IMG/VR virus record: IMGVR_UViG_3300021373_003004
Span: 1 to 56,907 of that record
Length of the DNA stretch: 56,907 nt
Direction: 5' to 3' (one strand)
DNA from: a virus
Lineage: Duplodnaviria > Caudoviricetes
In this document: in pieces, positions 18,164 to 28,090 of the stretch
How the letters are laid out: every line of letters starts with the position of its first letter
Numbering within the stretch: position 1 is the first letter of the stretch
Translations under genes and position numbers: made by a program
The notes under the pieces: model-generated
What the model saw: the letters and a program-made list of their open reading frames with translations, nothing else
What the model was told of the DNA's origin: nothing
Databases searched by the model: none

Positions 18164-20743
18164 CTAAGTTTCGATATAATCATTCCAATAAGCATCAAAT
18201 GAAAGGCCTGCAAATTTAGCATTACTATAGTTCCAAGCATCTCTATCACCAGCTCTCCCTGTTCTTCTACTTGCTGGTCTTACATCAAGGTGAATGATAT
18301 TATTACCTAGACCAATTCCAGTAAATCCAACCTTCAATGCAGCGTCTACCAGCTTTCTCCTCTTTTCATTATTAAAAGATGTAATATCAATATCGATAGC
18401 TCTACCATAAAAATGTTGTGATGAAGGAGGATTAGTACTTCTCCCTGTTCCTACTTTTGCTAAACCATCATTAATTGTGAGAGCTGCACCAAACTCTTTT
18501 TGTAACGCAGCATACTCATTGCTCAATAACCTTTGCATATTTTCCAATGCACCTGGCTGTAAATATGGCGATCCGCCGTTTGTTGAGTAAAGTAATGGTT
18601 TAAGAACTTTATTTGTTGTTACACCATATTTTCCACCTTGATCAGGCAATGGATCTACAGAAGTTGTTTCGGGTAATGTAGGTGATGTAATACACTCAAC
18701 TAATTCACCGTCTGCCATTTTCTTACCATTAAATTGAGTTTCAACGTTTCTGTTAAATACTCCTACCCAATCTTCGTCAATCTCAGGCATAATTATAATA
18801 ATCTGTGCATCTAATTCTTTATCTGGATCGTAAGTATCATATGACAAAATAAGTTTGTCAAAGTATAATGTGTCTTTCCAGTATTCAGCTAGGTCAAATA
18901 TTACTGCAGGGTCTGAGCGGCCTGATAAGTCTACTAGATCATATACAACAGCCTGACCAGATAATTTAAGAGCGTTAAGACCCGATGGAGTTTCTGATGG
19001 TCCAGGCCTATAAACACCTTCTTGTACTAGTAATCTATAATCTGCAAAGGTGCTTTTATTAGTAGCTACCGATCTCATTACCTCTGCATGTAAATATAAT
19101 TGTCTTGCAAGATCTTTGCGTTGTTGTGGATCTTTTATAAACTCTAAATTTGTTGCATGACCAGTAGATCCCAAGAACTTTGCCATAGTTACACCAGGTG
19201 CCAGTTTAGTTCCCGATGTGATAGCTAATTGAAAGTCAGGATTATAAACAGGATCTGGTATTAGATTGGCTTTTAATCTTCTTGGAAGGAAAGGATCTGA
19301 AGAAGAAGTTACCTTAACATTACCAAATTTCATTTGTCCAAATTTTGGAGTACTATCTCCGCTTACTACACGACCTATACCAGTAGGTGCTACTTTTACA
19401 TAATTAGGAGATAAAACACCTTCAGCGATTGCTCTAGAAGTAAAGTCTTCTACATTTAAATTGCTTTGATCTCTTAGTCTCGATCTAACAAGACCAGTTG
19501 TTAGATCTAAATTAGATAGTCCGCCGTAAATATTTGTCTTGTCAATATTATTTTTAATAAAGTCACCATCATCAATTGCGACAATTCTTACACCATTCTG
19601 TGATTTTGTTAAATATGTTTCAAGTAATTGTGCTGATGGCATAGCTGTCACTTTAGCATCAATTGCTGCTGGATCTGCAGCCGTGTTTGTAATAGATCCA
19701 GCAGAACCTGTACCACCTCCACCTACAGGGTCAGCATATGCTTGTGATTGTGCAACAGTAGCAGTTACTGCAACTCCGTTTAGGTCTCCGTGGAAAGTAT
19801 CAGCGTACATAGCGGTAGCTGTAACATTTTCCTCTGCCCACAATGATGTAGTTTCAAGTGTAAGAGTTCTAATGTTTTTCTGTGTGTACATGTTATAATT
19901 GTACATAATAATATTTTCACCACCTATTGTACCAACATCTCCAAATATTGATAAATTTGTCGCAGCAGCATTAAGATCTGGTGTTGAAATATTAATTTTA
20001 TCTTCTGATGTCAGTGTAGTTAAACCACTAGCTACATAGTTTGCTTCACCATCAACGTTGTTACTATAAACACCCTTGACGTTATTAGAAAACCCACCAA
20101 GAGAAGTATTTGTAACTTGACCGACTGATGTACGTGACGATCCACCACCAACAGTTTCACCTAAGTTACCACCAACTTTAGTTCTATGTGAGCTAGCTAC
20201 ATCCATGTTATAGCCACCATGGGATTTTACATTAAAGTTAGCGCACTCAACATTAAAGTCACCAGTTACTTTGAGATTTAGATTACCTTTATAGACTAGG
20301 TTACCTTCACCTTCAACAACAACTGTATGATCATCTGCTGTCAATTCTACTTTATTCTTAGTAGATGCAACAAGAACTGTACCATCACTACGCAGTTCTA
20401 CACCCGATCCCGATCTATGCTTAATTAAGATTCTTTCATTACCAGGAGTATCATCAACCTCAATTACATGTCCTGATAATGTTTCAGATACCTGGTTATA
20501 TGGATATTCTGATGCACCTTGTTCATTTAATCCAAGTGATAAACCCAGATCCCCACCACCTGTATATAATTCATTGCGGGCAGCTCCTGTGGCAGCATAG
20601 TTTAAGTTTGAGCTAAAGAAATACTCAGACTTTGGATACTGTCCTGTAGGTTCTTCATTACTATTATTGTTTACACCCTGAGACACTGTTGTGCCTTCAG
20701 ATACTGATACACTCTCTTCTAAGTTTTGGCTATTAGTAGTCAT
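18164..20743 (-). CDS. gp5 C-terminal part (beta-helix needle) fused to a degenerate and an intact peptidase M15 domain
   Basis: YPYNQVSETLSGHVIEVDDTPGNERI and VxG repeats of gp5; C-terminal SSQHFYGRAIDI...GIGLGNNIIHLDVR (M15 H-D-H zinc ligands). Confidence 0.85.
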   Translation of the reverse strand: MTTNSQNLEESVSVSEGTTVSQGVNNNSNEEPTGQYPKSEYFFSSNLNYAATGAARNELYTGGGDLGLSLGLNEQGASEYPYNQVSETLSGHVIEVDDTPGNERILIKHRSGSGVELRSDGTVLVASTKNKVELTADDHTVVVEGEGNLVYKGNLNLKVTGDFNVECANFNVKSHGGYNMDVASSHRTKVGGNLGETVGGGSSRTSVGQVTNTSLGGFSNNVKGVYSNNVDGEANYVASGLTTLTSEDKINISTPDLNAAATNLSIFGDVGTIGGENIIMYNYNMYTQKNIRTLTLETTSLWAEENVTATAMYADTFHGDLNGVAVTATVAQSQAYADPVGGGGTGSAGSITNTAADPAAIDAKVTAMPSAQLLETYLTKSQNGVRIVAIDDGDFIKNNIDKTNIYGGLSNLDLTTGLVRSRLRDQSNLNVEDFTSRAIAEGVLSPNYVKVAPTGIGRVVSGDSTPKFGQMKFGNVKVTSSSDPFLPRRLKANLIPDPVYNPDFQLAITSGTKLAPGVTMAKFLGSTGHATNLEFIKDPQQRKDLARQLYLHAEVMRSVATNKSTFADYRLLVQEGVYRPGPSETPSGLNALKLSGQAVVYDLVDLSGRSDPAVIFDLAEYWKDTLYFDKLILSYDTYDPDKELDAQIIIIMPEIDEDWVGVFNRNVETQFNGKKMADGELVECITSPTLPETTSVDPLPDQGGKYGVTTNKVLKPLLYSTNGGSPYLQPGALENMQRLLSNEYAALQKEFGAALTINDGLAKVGTGRSTNPPSSQHFYGRAIDIDITSFNNEKRRKLVDAALKVGFTGIGLGNNIIHLDVRPASRRTGRAGDRDAWNYSNAKFAGLSFDAYWNDYIET

Positions 20744-20744
20744 A

Positions 20745-22292
20745 TCAAATCTTCACTTTAATTAGTTGTTTACGTGTATATGGTTGTTGCTCAGATGGGT
20801 TTTCATAAACGTTTTTCTTACCAAACAAATGCTCCATTTCGTTTATCACATCAAATCCCGGATCAATTTGACTTCTATCGATATCATTATGGCCCATAAT
20901 TTGAGCACCTGGCCAAGCTGAATAAGCTATAGCACAGAACTGTTGAAATGATGTTACTTGTTTTGGTGTAAATGAGTTAGCTGATAAGAATCTTTTATAA
21001 TCAGAGGTTCCTGTAGGAGCATTAATTCCACCGACAAATGCAATTTGGATTGAATATCTTTCATGATTATTATTTAGAGCCCCACCTTGGTAACTAACTG
21101 GTCTTCCACGCTGTATTGAACCATCTCTACGAATCAGATAGTGATAAGGTATTGAACTACCATTTCTACTTAATAGCGTTTGTATTTCTTCAGAACCCAC
21201 ATCTTGGTTATTGAAGTGCTCTGTCCAGTGTACAATAATTTCCGTTACTTCACGATTTATACTTTTTAGATCTACTTCTAATTCTTCAATAGAAGACACA
21301 TATGAGAAATTATGGCTACTAGGTGTATTTTCATAATCCCAAGTTTTTTCGCCTGTATCAATTTGTGTCGATGTTAATAATTCACCGGATTCAGTTAATA
21401 CATTACTACTAATTCTATTATCAATTCCACTTAATCTCTCGCGTATAACTCCACGTGGCAAATCAGAATATTTTTCCAAAAACGCTACAGCTTGATTAAT
21501 TTGCGTTTGTGTTTTAGCTGATGTCAGATTTAATACAAAAGCCATATCAGATTCTGGTAACTCAATTCTTATTCCATCTTTGATAGTGAGAGATCCTACA
21601 ATAGATCTGCCATTACCCGTTAACTGCTCAGATATATTTTCAACAATTGAACCAAATCCTTTGTTTATAGCATCATTAATTCCAATTACAGTTTTAGATA
21701 GTTGTCCTAACATATTAGCTCTAAAGTTATTAAAGCTAGCTAATACATTTGTGACTGCACCGACAATAGGATTGATCAATTCATTAAATGATGTTTCAAA
21801 TAGCTCGAAGGTTTTATCCTCTAGATTTTGCATTTCACCCAATACATTTCTAATCTGACCACTACTAGCACCTGTAGCCCTTTTAGTTTGATATGCTATG
21901 GCCTCTGGATCTGAAGATGTAATTCGTGTTTGTAAGAATCCATCTTGTACACTAGTTCCGGTCAAAGCCTCTAGATCTGTTCTATTATTACCAACCTCTA
22001 AAACTAATTTATTTTTTAGGCCTGGTACATTTTTTGTAAGTTGAGTAATTGCTAATGCAGCAATAAGTTGTTCGGGTCGCGAGCCTTGTACAGCCTCTAC
22101 TACATCGTCTGCTTGTTGAGTCAGGGCTTGAAATCCAGCTACAACACCTAAAAGTCGTGTGCCTAACTTACTAGTCTTAGAAACAACATTTTGTTCAAAT
22201 GAGCGGACAGCATTACTTACGGCGTTTTCTACACCAGCATTTCTTTCAATACGCTGTAATCTCTTTTCAACTTCAATAGGTTCAAATGGCAT
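20745..22292 (-). CDS. Baseplate-associated N-acetylmuramoyl-L-alanine amidase (Amidase_2) with long helical N-terminus
   Basis: IIVHWTE, YHYLIRRDGSIQRGRP, SIQIAFVGG, GHND and DPGFDV motifs. Confidence 0.85.
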   Translation of the reverse strand: MPFEPIEVEKRLQRIERNAGVENAVSNAVRSFEQNVVSKTSKLGTRLLGVVAGFQALTQQADDVVEAVQGSRPEQLIAALAITQLTKNVPGLKNKLVLEVGNNRTDLEALTGTSVQDGFLQTRITSSDPEAIAYQTKRATGASSGQIRNVLGEMQNLEDKTFELFETSFNELINPIVGAVTNVLASFNNFRANMLGQLSKTVIGINDAINKGFGSIVENISEQLTGNGRSIVGSLTIKDGIRIELPESDMAFVLNLTSAKTQTQINQAVAFLEKYSDLPRGVIRERLSGIDNRISSNVLTESGELLTSTQIDTGEKTWDYENTPSSHNFSYVSSIEELEVDLKSINREVTEIIVHWTEHFNNQDVGSEEIQTLLSRNGSSIPYHYLIRRDGSIQRGRPVSYQGGALNNNHERYSIQIAFVGGINAPTGTSDYKRFLSANSFTPKQVTSFQQFCAIAYSAWPGAQIMGHNDIDRSQIDPGFDVINEMEHLFGKKNVYENPSEQQPYTRKQLIKVKI

Positions 22293-23254
22293 TACCCGGC
22301 CCCCGCACTAATGTTATTATTATATTGGTCATACGCAGTTTTAGCGAAGCCTTCTCTTTTTGTTATTTCTTTCGCAGTAATTTGAGGTCTTTCATAATAT
22401 TTCATAAAGATCCAGGTTGAGTTTTTATCATCCTTACCACCAGTAAACTTTGTACACTTTACTAACCGAGACTTACCAAAATAAGCATAGTTATTCAATT
22501 CATAGATTATGTATTGTAGCTGAACACTGAAGTTTCTCCAATCATAATTATTTCTACTAGCGAATAATTTTAACTCCTGAAGTCTTCCACCTGCTGGATT
22601 CCACTGCGCAAGTCCCTGTGATGACTCACCACTTACTGATGAAACAATAGTAGTATTAAATCCAGACTCAGCCTCTAAATTGCCAACTATTCCTGCTGCT
22701 TGAGCAGGCGTATAACCATTATCTACGAAGAAAATCATGCTAGCTAGTCTCTTTTGACCTGTAGTAGCTTCTGTTTGATTGCGTGGATCAAATACGTCAG
22801 AATAACTTGTTGGGTTATTAACATCTAAATTCTTAACAGAGTTACGTACAACTGAGCCATCAACCCCGCTATTTGCACCTTGATTTATATTCGGTGCTGT
22901 TTGATTTAAAGCTGCTCTTCTCTTTTGCTGTAATGTTGGATTCTCTATTTGATTTAAATGGCCTATAACAAGCGGTAATTGAGAAGTCCTACCATCTAAA
23001 AAAATACCGAATACAAGAGCACCAGGTAGAAGCTGAGGTATTTTACCAATTCCGGAAGTGCCACCTTCAGTGGTTGGTAAAACAGTGGAAGCCCAGGGTA
23101 ATGATGACTGTGGCACCTCCTCTTGTTTTGACGAATGAATACCACGAATATGAACTTGTACTCTACCTAATTTATCGGGATCTTTATTGTCAATAACTCT
23201 AGCAATGAACCATCTGATGTTATCACCATAAAAACTACTTTCTAATAGATTCAT
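22292..23254 (-). CDS. gp5: gp5 N-terminal OB-fold fused to a phage tail lysozyme domain
   Basis: DPDKLGRVQVHIRGIH...LPWA...GIFLDG (gp5 OB fold); AAGIVGNLEAESG...GLAQW...YERP (tail lysozyme). Confidence 0.88.
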   Translation of the reverse strand: MNLLESSFYGDNIRWFIARVIDNKDPDKLGRVQVHIRGIHSSKQEEVPQSSLPWASTVLPTTEGGTSGIGKIPQLLPGALVFGIFLDGRTSQLPLVIGHLNQIENPTLQQKRRAALNQTAPNINQGANSGVDGSVVRNSVKNLDVNNPTSYSDVFDPRNQTEATTGQKRLASMIFFVDNGYTPAQAAGIVGNLEAESGFNTTIVSSVSGESSQGLAQWNPAGGRLQELKLFASRNNYDWRNFSVQLQYIIYELNNYAYFGKSRLVKCTKFTGGKDDKNSTWIFMKYYERPQITAKEITKREGFAKTAYDQYNNNISAGAG

Positions 23255-24642
23255 TATGTAATCCTTCTATTAGATATTCTAGAACACGATAAAGAAACAG
23301 TGTGTTTCTGGTCTGTTATATTAAATATATGACGTTTAGTATTAATTATAAATGAACCTGATCTCTTATAATCAGACCGGTCTACTTGGGTATCAACCAT
23401 CTCATTTTTAAATATTACTATTTCTATTTGGTTACCGACAGATGTTGTTATATCACCTGTTAAGAACTTTAAACCTGGTACATGAATTTCCATATTATTC
23501 TTTAATAATAACTGTTGTATCGCAAACTTGAACATTTTTAATTTATATGCCGATGGGTCATTTTCATAAGTCCAATTTGATACATTCTCATTATAAGGAA
23601 ATGTTCTTCCACCCCCAACTTGATTAAAATTAACTGTATCAAAATCGCCAAGTCTAGAAGTATTAACGCCGTTTGGATCAGCTACAAATGAATTATCTAA
23701 TAACACATTATCTTGGCTTGTCCTTATAACAGACGCACCTAATAATTGCTGATATACAGAATTTACGTTATGGTTATAACTAATCTCTTCCCCTGTTGTC
23801 ATATCAGTTGTTGTAAAATTAGAACCTAAAGCACCAAGCTCTGATAACATCAATGTGTCTTCTTGATTATTTGTTTCTACATTGTATATAGATCTTGCTT
23901 GTAAAAGAACAGATCCTGATTTTAAAGGAGAATTATCCACATCCCCCATACCATTCGCCATTCCTTGATCATACTGAAATGGCTCACTGGCGTTAAAAGA
24001 GTTTCTTGTCATTATAGTGTCTAAATCGGCAAGAACTAAATTATCAGAGTTTATGGTAGAATATAAAAAATATGGACTGCCATTTTCGGTTGTCATCTTA
24101 TCTAAAACCATACCAATAGCCTGAAATGGATTGAGGTAAGGTACTAATAGTCTAAAGCTACTTTGGTATGAAGCTTTATATGTTTTAAACTTGTTAAATA
24201 AGGATTTACCTAGTTTATCATTCAATATTTTAGCAATAATTTCTTCACCCTTACCATCATATGATTTGCTAAAATTTTGTACATTATTATAGAATCCAAT
24301 ATCCTCTATTAGATTAAACAATAACATAGAAGTATTATCATTAGACTTATTAATTTTTTCAAGTCTGTTCATTATAAATGTTTTAGATATAGTTTGAGCA
24401 CCATTGACAGGAAGTGATAGATCTATTTCTAATCTTTCGGTACCTTGAAAATCAGCAGCTGTAAATAAGCCATTATCATCGAGAATCAATATAGATCCCG
24501 TAAGATAAGGCATATTAATATTTTCGAATATATTGACTTCAATTGTGACTTGTTTTATATCAATAAATTCTCTGAATCTTTCAGAGGTGATACGTATCCG
24601 GTCTATAGAAAAGTCTTCTGCTGACTGTACTTCTTTAACCAT
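23254..24642 (-). CDS. Baseplate hub protein (gp27-like)
   Basis: IFENINMPYLTGSILILD N-terminal motif; lies between gp53 and gp5. Confidence 0.6.
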   Translation of the reverse strand: MVKEVQSAEDFSIDRIRITSERFREFIDIKQVTIEVNIFENINMPYLTGSILILDDNGLFTAADFQGTERLEIDLSLPVNGAQTISKTFIMNRLEKINKSNDNTSMLLFNLIEDIGFYNNVQNFSKSYDGKGEEIIAKILNDKLGKSLFNKFKTYKASYQSSFRLLVPYLNPFQAIGMVLDKMTTENGSPYFLYSTINSDNLVLADLDTIMTRNSFNASEPFQYDQGMANGMGDVDNSPLKSGSVLLQARSIYNVETNNQEDTLMLSELGALGSNFTTTDMTTGEEISYNHNVNSVYQQLLGASVIRTSQDNVLLDNSFVADPNGVNTSRLGDFDTVNFNQVGGGRTFPYNENVSNWTYENDPSAYKLKMFKFAIQQLLLKNNMEIHVPGLKFLTGDITTSVGNQIEIVIFKNEMVDTQVDRSDYKRSGSFIINTKRHIFNITDQKHTVSLSCSRISNRRIT

Positions 24643-25942
24643 TCTGTTCTCTTAATAATTTTTGGAACTCATTAAATACTTGAGCTGCAACTCCTGGTTT
24701 TAAAACATTTATGCTTTTTAATTCGTCATTTTGTCTTTCTAATCTATCGTAGTAACTAACAGCGCTTAAAGCTCCAACTGACCTATCAAAGGGATCAATA
24801 TCTACCCATTCACCATCAGAGTTTTCATAATGATGCACAGCATCGTATTGATTAGCTACTCCATCTACAGTTAAATATTTTAAATCACCTGCATCAAAAT
24901 CGCGCCAGTTAGCAATGTTAGGAACAGAAATTAATTGACTTGTGGAAAATGTTGAGCTAGATAAAACAGCAGTAGCTGTAGCTGTAGTACCTGTATTACC
25001 GTATGGCACCCAGTCAGGATAAGTAGTGTAGTTTTCTAAAATATTTTGTCTTAGTGCAGTTCTAATTCTAGCTCTTGTATCAACATCAACGCTATTAACA
25101 TTATTATTAAAATCTCTGATTAGTTGTGAATCAGCTATTGTTAAAGATCCATTTCTATTAACATCGCCTCTTTTATATCCATTAAATGTTTCATTTAAAA
25201 AGTCATAATATACTCCAGTAGTCAGCGTGCCGGCAATTATTGCATCAAGCTTAGTTGCCACGTCTTCATAATCTACTATACTTGGTTCTGTAATGGAAAC
25301 AGTTGGGGCGTGTTCATAACCAGAACCACCACTAATGATTGTGAAGCCATTAACCTCACCACCTGATATTTGTGCCGAAGCAAGAGCCTGAACTATAGCT
25401 TCTTCATGCCTTTCCCCATGTTCATCTGTAATTGTTACAGTGGGTATTTGCGTATAACCTGCACCGCCATCTGTTACAGTTATACTTCTAACTTCGACTA
25501 TTGGTTTAACTATCAAATGTCCTAAGTCTAAATTTTTTTCTAAAATAACACCTATAGAAGAAGGATTAGAGATAGAACCTTGAATAACAATATCACCCCT
25601 GTACATTCTGTCATGCATAGCATCAGATGTGGTAATCACTTTATTAGGATAATATTCTTTAGATTTTGTTTGTAACTCTTGAAATGTTAGTGGCCAACCT
25701 TGTCTACGAATTTTTTCATTTAAAAGGTAAAACATCCAATAATAATCAGTCGTACCATACAGTCTAAATGAAAGAGCATCAGGTCTCTCGCCATCTTTAA
25801 TCTCATATTTTTCATAAAAACTTGCATCATCAGCAATCTGATCTATCAGATCAATATATGCTGTTAAATTTTGAAATTGAGCTGGATCAATCTCATTACC
25901 GAAATAATATGGAATAATGGGGAAGTTTCTAAAATAAGCCAT
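24635..25942 (-). CDS. gp53: Baseplate wedge gp53 with a large internal insertion
   Basis: YFRNFP, IKDGERPDALSFRLYG..YYWMFYLLN, VHHYE and NDELKSINVLKP motifs. Confidence 0.85.
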   Translation of the reverse strand: MAYFRNFPIIPYYFGNEIDPAQFQNLTAYIDLIDQIADDASFYEKYEIKDGERPDALSFRLYGTTDYYWMFYLLNEKIRRQGWPLTFQELQTKSKEYYPNKVITTSDAMHDRMYRGDIVIQGSISNPSSIGVILEKNLDLGHLIVKPIVEVRSITVTDGGAGYTQIPTVTITDEHGERHEEAIVQALASAQISGGEVNGFTIISGGSGYEHAPTVSITEPSIVDYEDVATKLDAIIAGTLTTGVYYDFLNETFNGYKRGDVNRNGSLTIADSQLIRDFNNNVNSVDVDTRARIRTALRQNILENYTTYPDWVPYGNTGTTATATAVLSSSTFSTSQLISVPNIANWRDFDAGDLKYLTVDGVANQYDAVHHYENSDGEWVDIDPFDRSVGALSAVSYYDRLERQNDELKSINVLKPGVAAQVFNEFQKLLREQNG

Positions 25943-26943
25943 TAGTAACCTTTCACAATGTCTTGTCTTCTGAGTGCTCTTTCTTCAGTAAATGTTAGTG
26001 TAATATCAATTTCTGGAAACTCACCATCTTTATGGAAAGACATACTATTTGGGTTATAGTTTGTATCAAAACCTTGTAAGAAACATGGAAGAATTTTAGA
26101 TGCTACAGGTTCGCCGTCATATGCCATTTCAATTAAGAACTTGTTTGGATATCTGTAGCCAATAGAGAAACCTGTATTATTTTCTAGTAGATCTTCGGGG
26201 TACATGTTTTTTCTAAAGAATCTGATAATATTCTTAATCTCTTCAGCTTCTTTTTGATCATTTGGAATTAGTTTAAATGTAAAACCAAATGTTCGTTGAA
26301 CTACACCGCGTAGTAATGATCTACGATTAGGGTTTAATGTTATACCTTGTGTTACTTCTAAAGCACCAGCAATAGGTTCAGAAAATTTTCCAATTGCTCT
26401 TTGAGCATATAGAGCGGTTGTTTCGTCTGTAATTGTACCTTTAAATGCATCAACAACTGATTCAATACTTTCAAACACTTGTTTCCCTGCCGCGGCAGCA
26501 GCGCCTGCTATGTCTTGAGGATTTTTTCTTAATATTTGTTCAGCTGCTGTACCCACCGCACCAAATGCAACGTTTTGATAATCAATACCATCTCTGAATG
26601 ATAGAGATGTAGGTAGATGCATAGTGACTGATCCGACAGGATCATGGTCAACACCGTTATATTCTAAAGTTCTAAAGTTACCACCAAGTAAAGCCTCTAG
26701 ATCATTAAAAAAGTCCAAAAATTCATCAAGTTCATTTAATAGATTACCCAAGGGATTTGTTGATCCTGACACATTAGCATTGCCAATGATACTTGAACCA
26801 ATAGTTTGATAATCAGCTTTAAGGGCTGTAAACTTCACTGTTCCCTTATATTCTGATTGATGGCTTAGTGGATATCTAAACTTTGGATTACCTACGTCTT
26901 CTAACTCATCCAGAAAATCAGATATTGTATCTATTACATCCAT
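25942..26943 (-). CDS. gp48: Baseplate tail-tube cap gp48
   Basis: LNP...RTFGFTFKLIPNDQKEAEEIKNIIRFFRKNMYP and ITLTFTE motifs; start moved to ATG 26943, downstream of a late promoter. Confidence 0.85.
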   Translation of the reverse strand: MDVIDTISDFLDELEDVGNPKFRYPLSHQSEYKGTVKFTALKADYQTIGSSIIGNANVSGSTNPLGNLLNELDEFLDFFNDLEALLGGNFRTLEYNGVDHDPVGSVTMHLPTSLSFRDGIDYQNVAFGAVGTAAEQILRKNPQDIAGAAAAAGKQVFESIESVVDAFKGTITDETTALYAQRAIGKFSEPIAGALEVTQGITLNPNRRSLLRGVVQRTFGFTFKLIPNDQKEAEEIKNIIRFFRKNMYPEDLLENNTGFSIGYRYPNKFLIEMAYDGEPVASKILPCFLQGFDTNYNPNSMSFHKDGEFPEIDITLTFTEERALRRQDIVKGY

Positions 26944-26953
26944 TTTTTGTCCT

Positions 26954-26986
26954 AATAAATATAGAAAAATCTTAAGATTATTTATA
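26954..26986. promoter_or_regulatory. Pair of opposite-strand late promoters in the gp48/gp4 gap
   Basis: AATAAATA on + at 26954-26961 (towards gp4); TATAAATA on - at 26979-26986 (towards gp48). Confidence 0.65.
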
Positions 26987-26994
26987 AGGTATTT

Positions 26995-27483
26995 ATGGCT
27001 TATTCTGGCAAATACAAAGTCAAACATCGTAGTAAGTATAAAGGTGATGTAGACAATGTAGTGTATCGATCAATGTGGGAAAGAAACGCGTTTAAATGGT
27101 GCGATAACAATTCTAACATAAAGTATTGGTCGTCAGAAGAAGTCGTCATACCATATTTATGGGAGATAGATAAAAAGTATCATAGATATTTTATGGATCT
27201 CAAGATTACATACAAAGATGGAAGAACAATTCTTGTAGAGATAAAGCCTGACAAAGAGACTAAACCTCCAAAGAAACCCGATAAGTCGAAGCGTTATATC
27301 AGCGAGGCTATGACTTATGTGAAGAATCAAAACAAATGGAAAGCTGCACAGTCATATGCTAAGGATAGGGGCTGGGACTTCCAGATCTGGACAGAACATA
27401 CTCTTGAAAAAATGGGCATAAATCCAAAGCAAATTAAACCATTGAAACCACTTAAACCTTATAAGAAGAAAACTAGAAAATGA
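26995..27483 (+). CDS. gp4: Head completion nuclease gp4 (TnsA-like)
   Basis: YKGD..NVVYRSMWE, WSSEEVVIPY, HRYFMD, VEIKP and NQNKWKAA motifs. Confidence 0.92.
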   Translation: MAYSGKYKVKHRSKYKGDVDNVVYRSMWERNAFKWCDNNSNIKYWSSEEVVIPYLWEIDKKYHRYFMDLKITYKDGRTILVEIKPDKETKPPKKPDKSKRYISEAMTYVKNQNKWKAAQSYAKDRGWDFQIWTEHTLEKMGINPKQIKPLKPLKPYKKKTRK

Positions 27484-28076
27484 CAGTGATTACTACAAAA
27501 CCTACAGGTACATTTATTCATATTCCTAAAAATGCTGGTGTTGCTATTAGTCAATGGCTAACACATAACGTTCATGGATCATATCTTTTTAAACAACAAC
27601 ATGGCGGTAAGCATGCACATCAAAAAAGAATTAAAAAGTGGATGGATGCAGACCAACGCCAAATGGATATGGGATTTACTTTTTGTGTAGTAAGAAATCC
27701 ATGGGCAAGAGTTGTAAGTGCATATCATTATTATGTACGTAGAAATCAAACAAGCGGTGGTCAATACGGAATTGATCCACTTAAAACATCATGGGAAGAA
27801 TTTGCAAACCGTGAATGGGAACATGGTAAGTGGGGTTGTGTACATAAACAACAAGTAACATATTATGATAAAGTAGATTATATCTTGAGATTTGAGAACT
27901 TAGACAAAGACTTTCTAAAGATTCAGGACATGTACAATTGCTATAAACCATTGTTCCCTGCTAATCAATCAAAACACAAGGACTATCGTAAATACTACAC
28001 AAATCCACGCTGGATTGATGATGTAGCAGAACACTATAAAGACGACATTAAGGAGTTCGGATATTCCTTTGAATAG
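27480..28076 (+). CDS. Sulfotransferase (Sulfotransfer_2-like)
   Basis: FIHIPKNAG (5'-PSB loop), VRNPWARVVSAY (3'-PB), RFENL and DIKEFGY motifs. Confidence 0.88.
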   Translation: MTVITTKPTGTFIHIPKNAGVAISQWLTHNVHGSYLFKQQHGGKHAHQKRIKKWMDADQRQMDMGFTFCVVRNPWARVVSAYHYYVRRNQTSGGQYGIDPLKTSWEEFANREWEHGKWGCVHKQQVTYYDKVDYILRFENLDKDFLKIQDMYNCYKPLFPANQSKHKDYRKYYTNPRWIDDVAEHYKDDIKEFGYSFE

Positions 28077-28077
28077 T

Positions 28078-28085
28078 TATAAATA
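28078..28085 (+). promoter_or_regulatory. T4-type late promoter TATAAATA
   Basis: Ends 5 nt before the gp2 ATG at 28091. Confidence 0.75.
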
Positions 28086-28090
28086 GTGTC

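Noticed and set aside
62-26809. Many + strand ORFs of 60-130 aa opposite the structural genes
   Set aside because: Antisense shadows of long, motif-bearing - strand genes; no RBS or recognisable motifs.
26944-27027. N-terminal extension of gp48 in the ORF track
   Set aside because: Overlaps gp4 and the late promoter; ATG 26943 is the plausible start.
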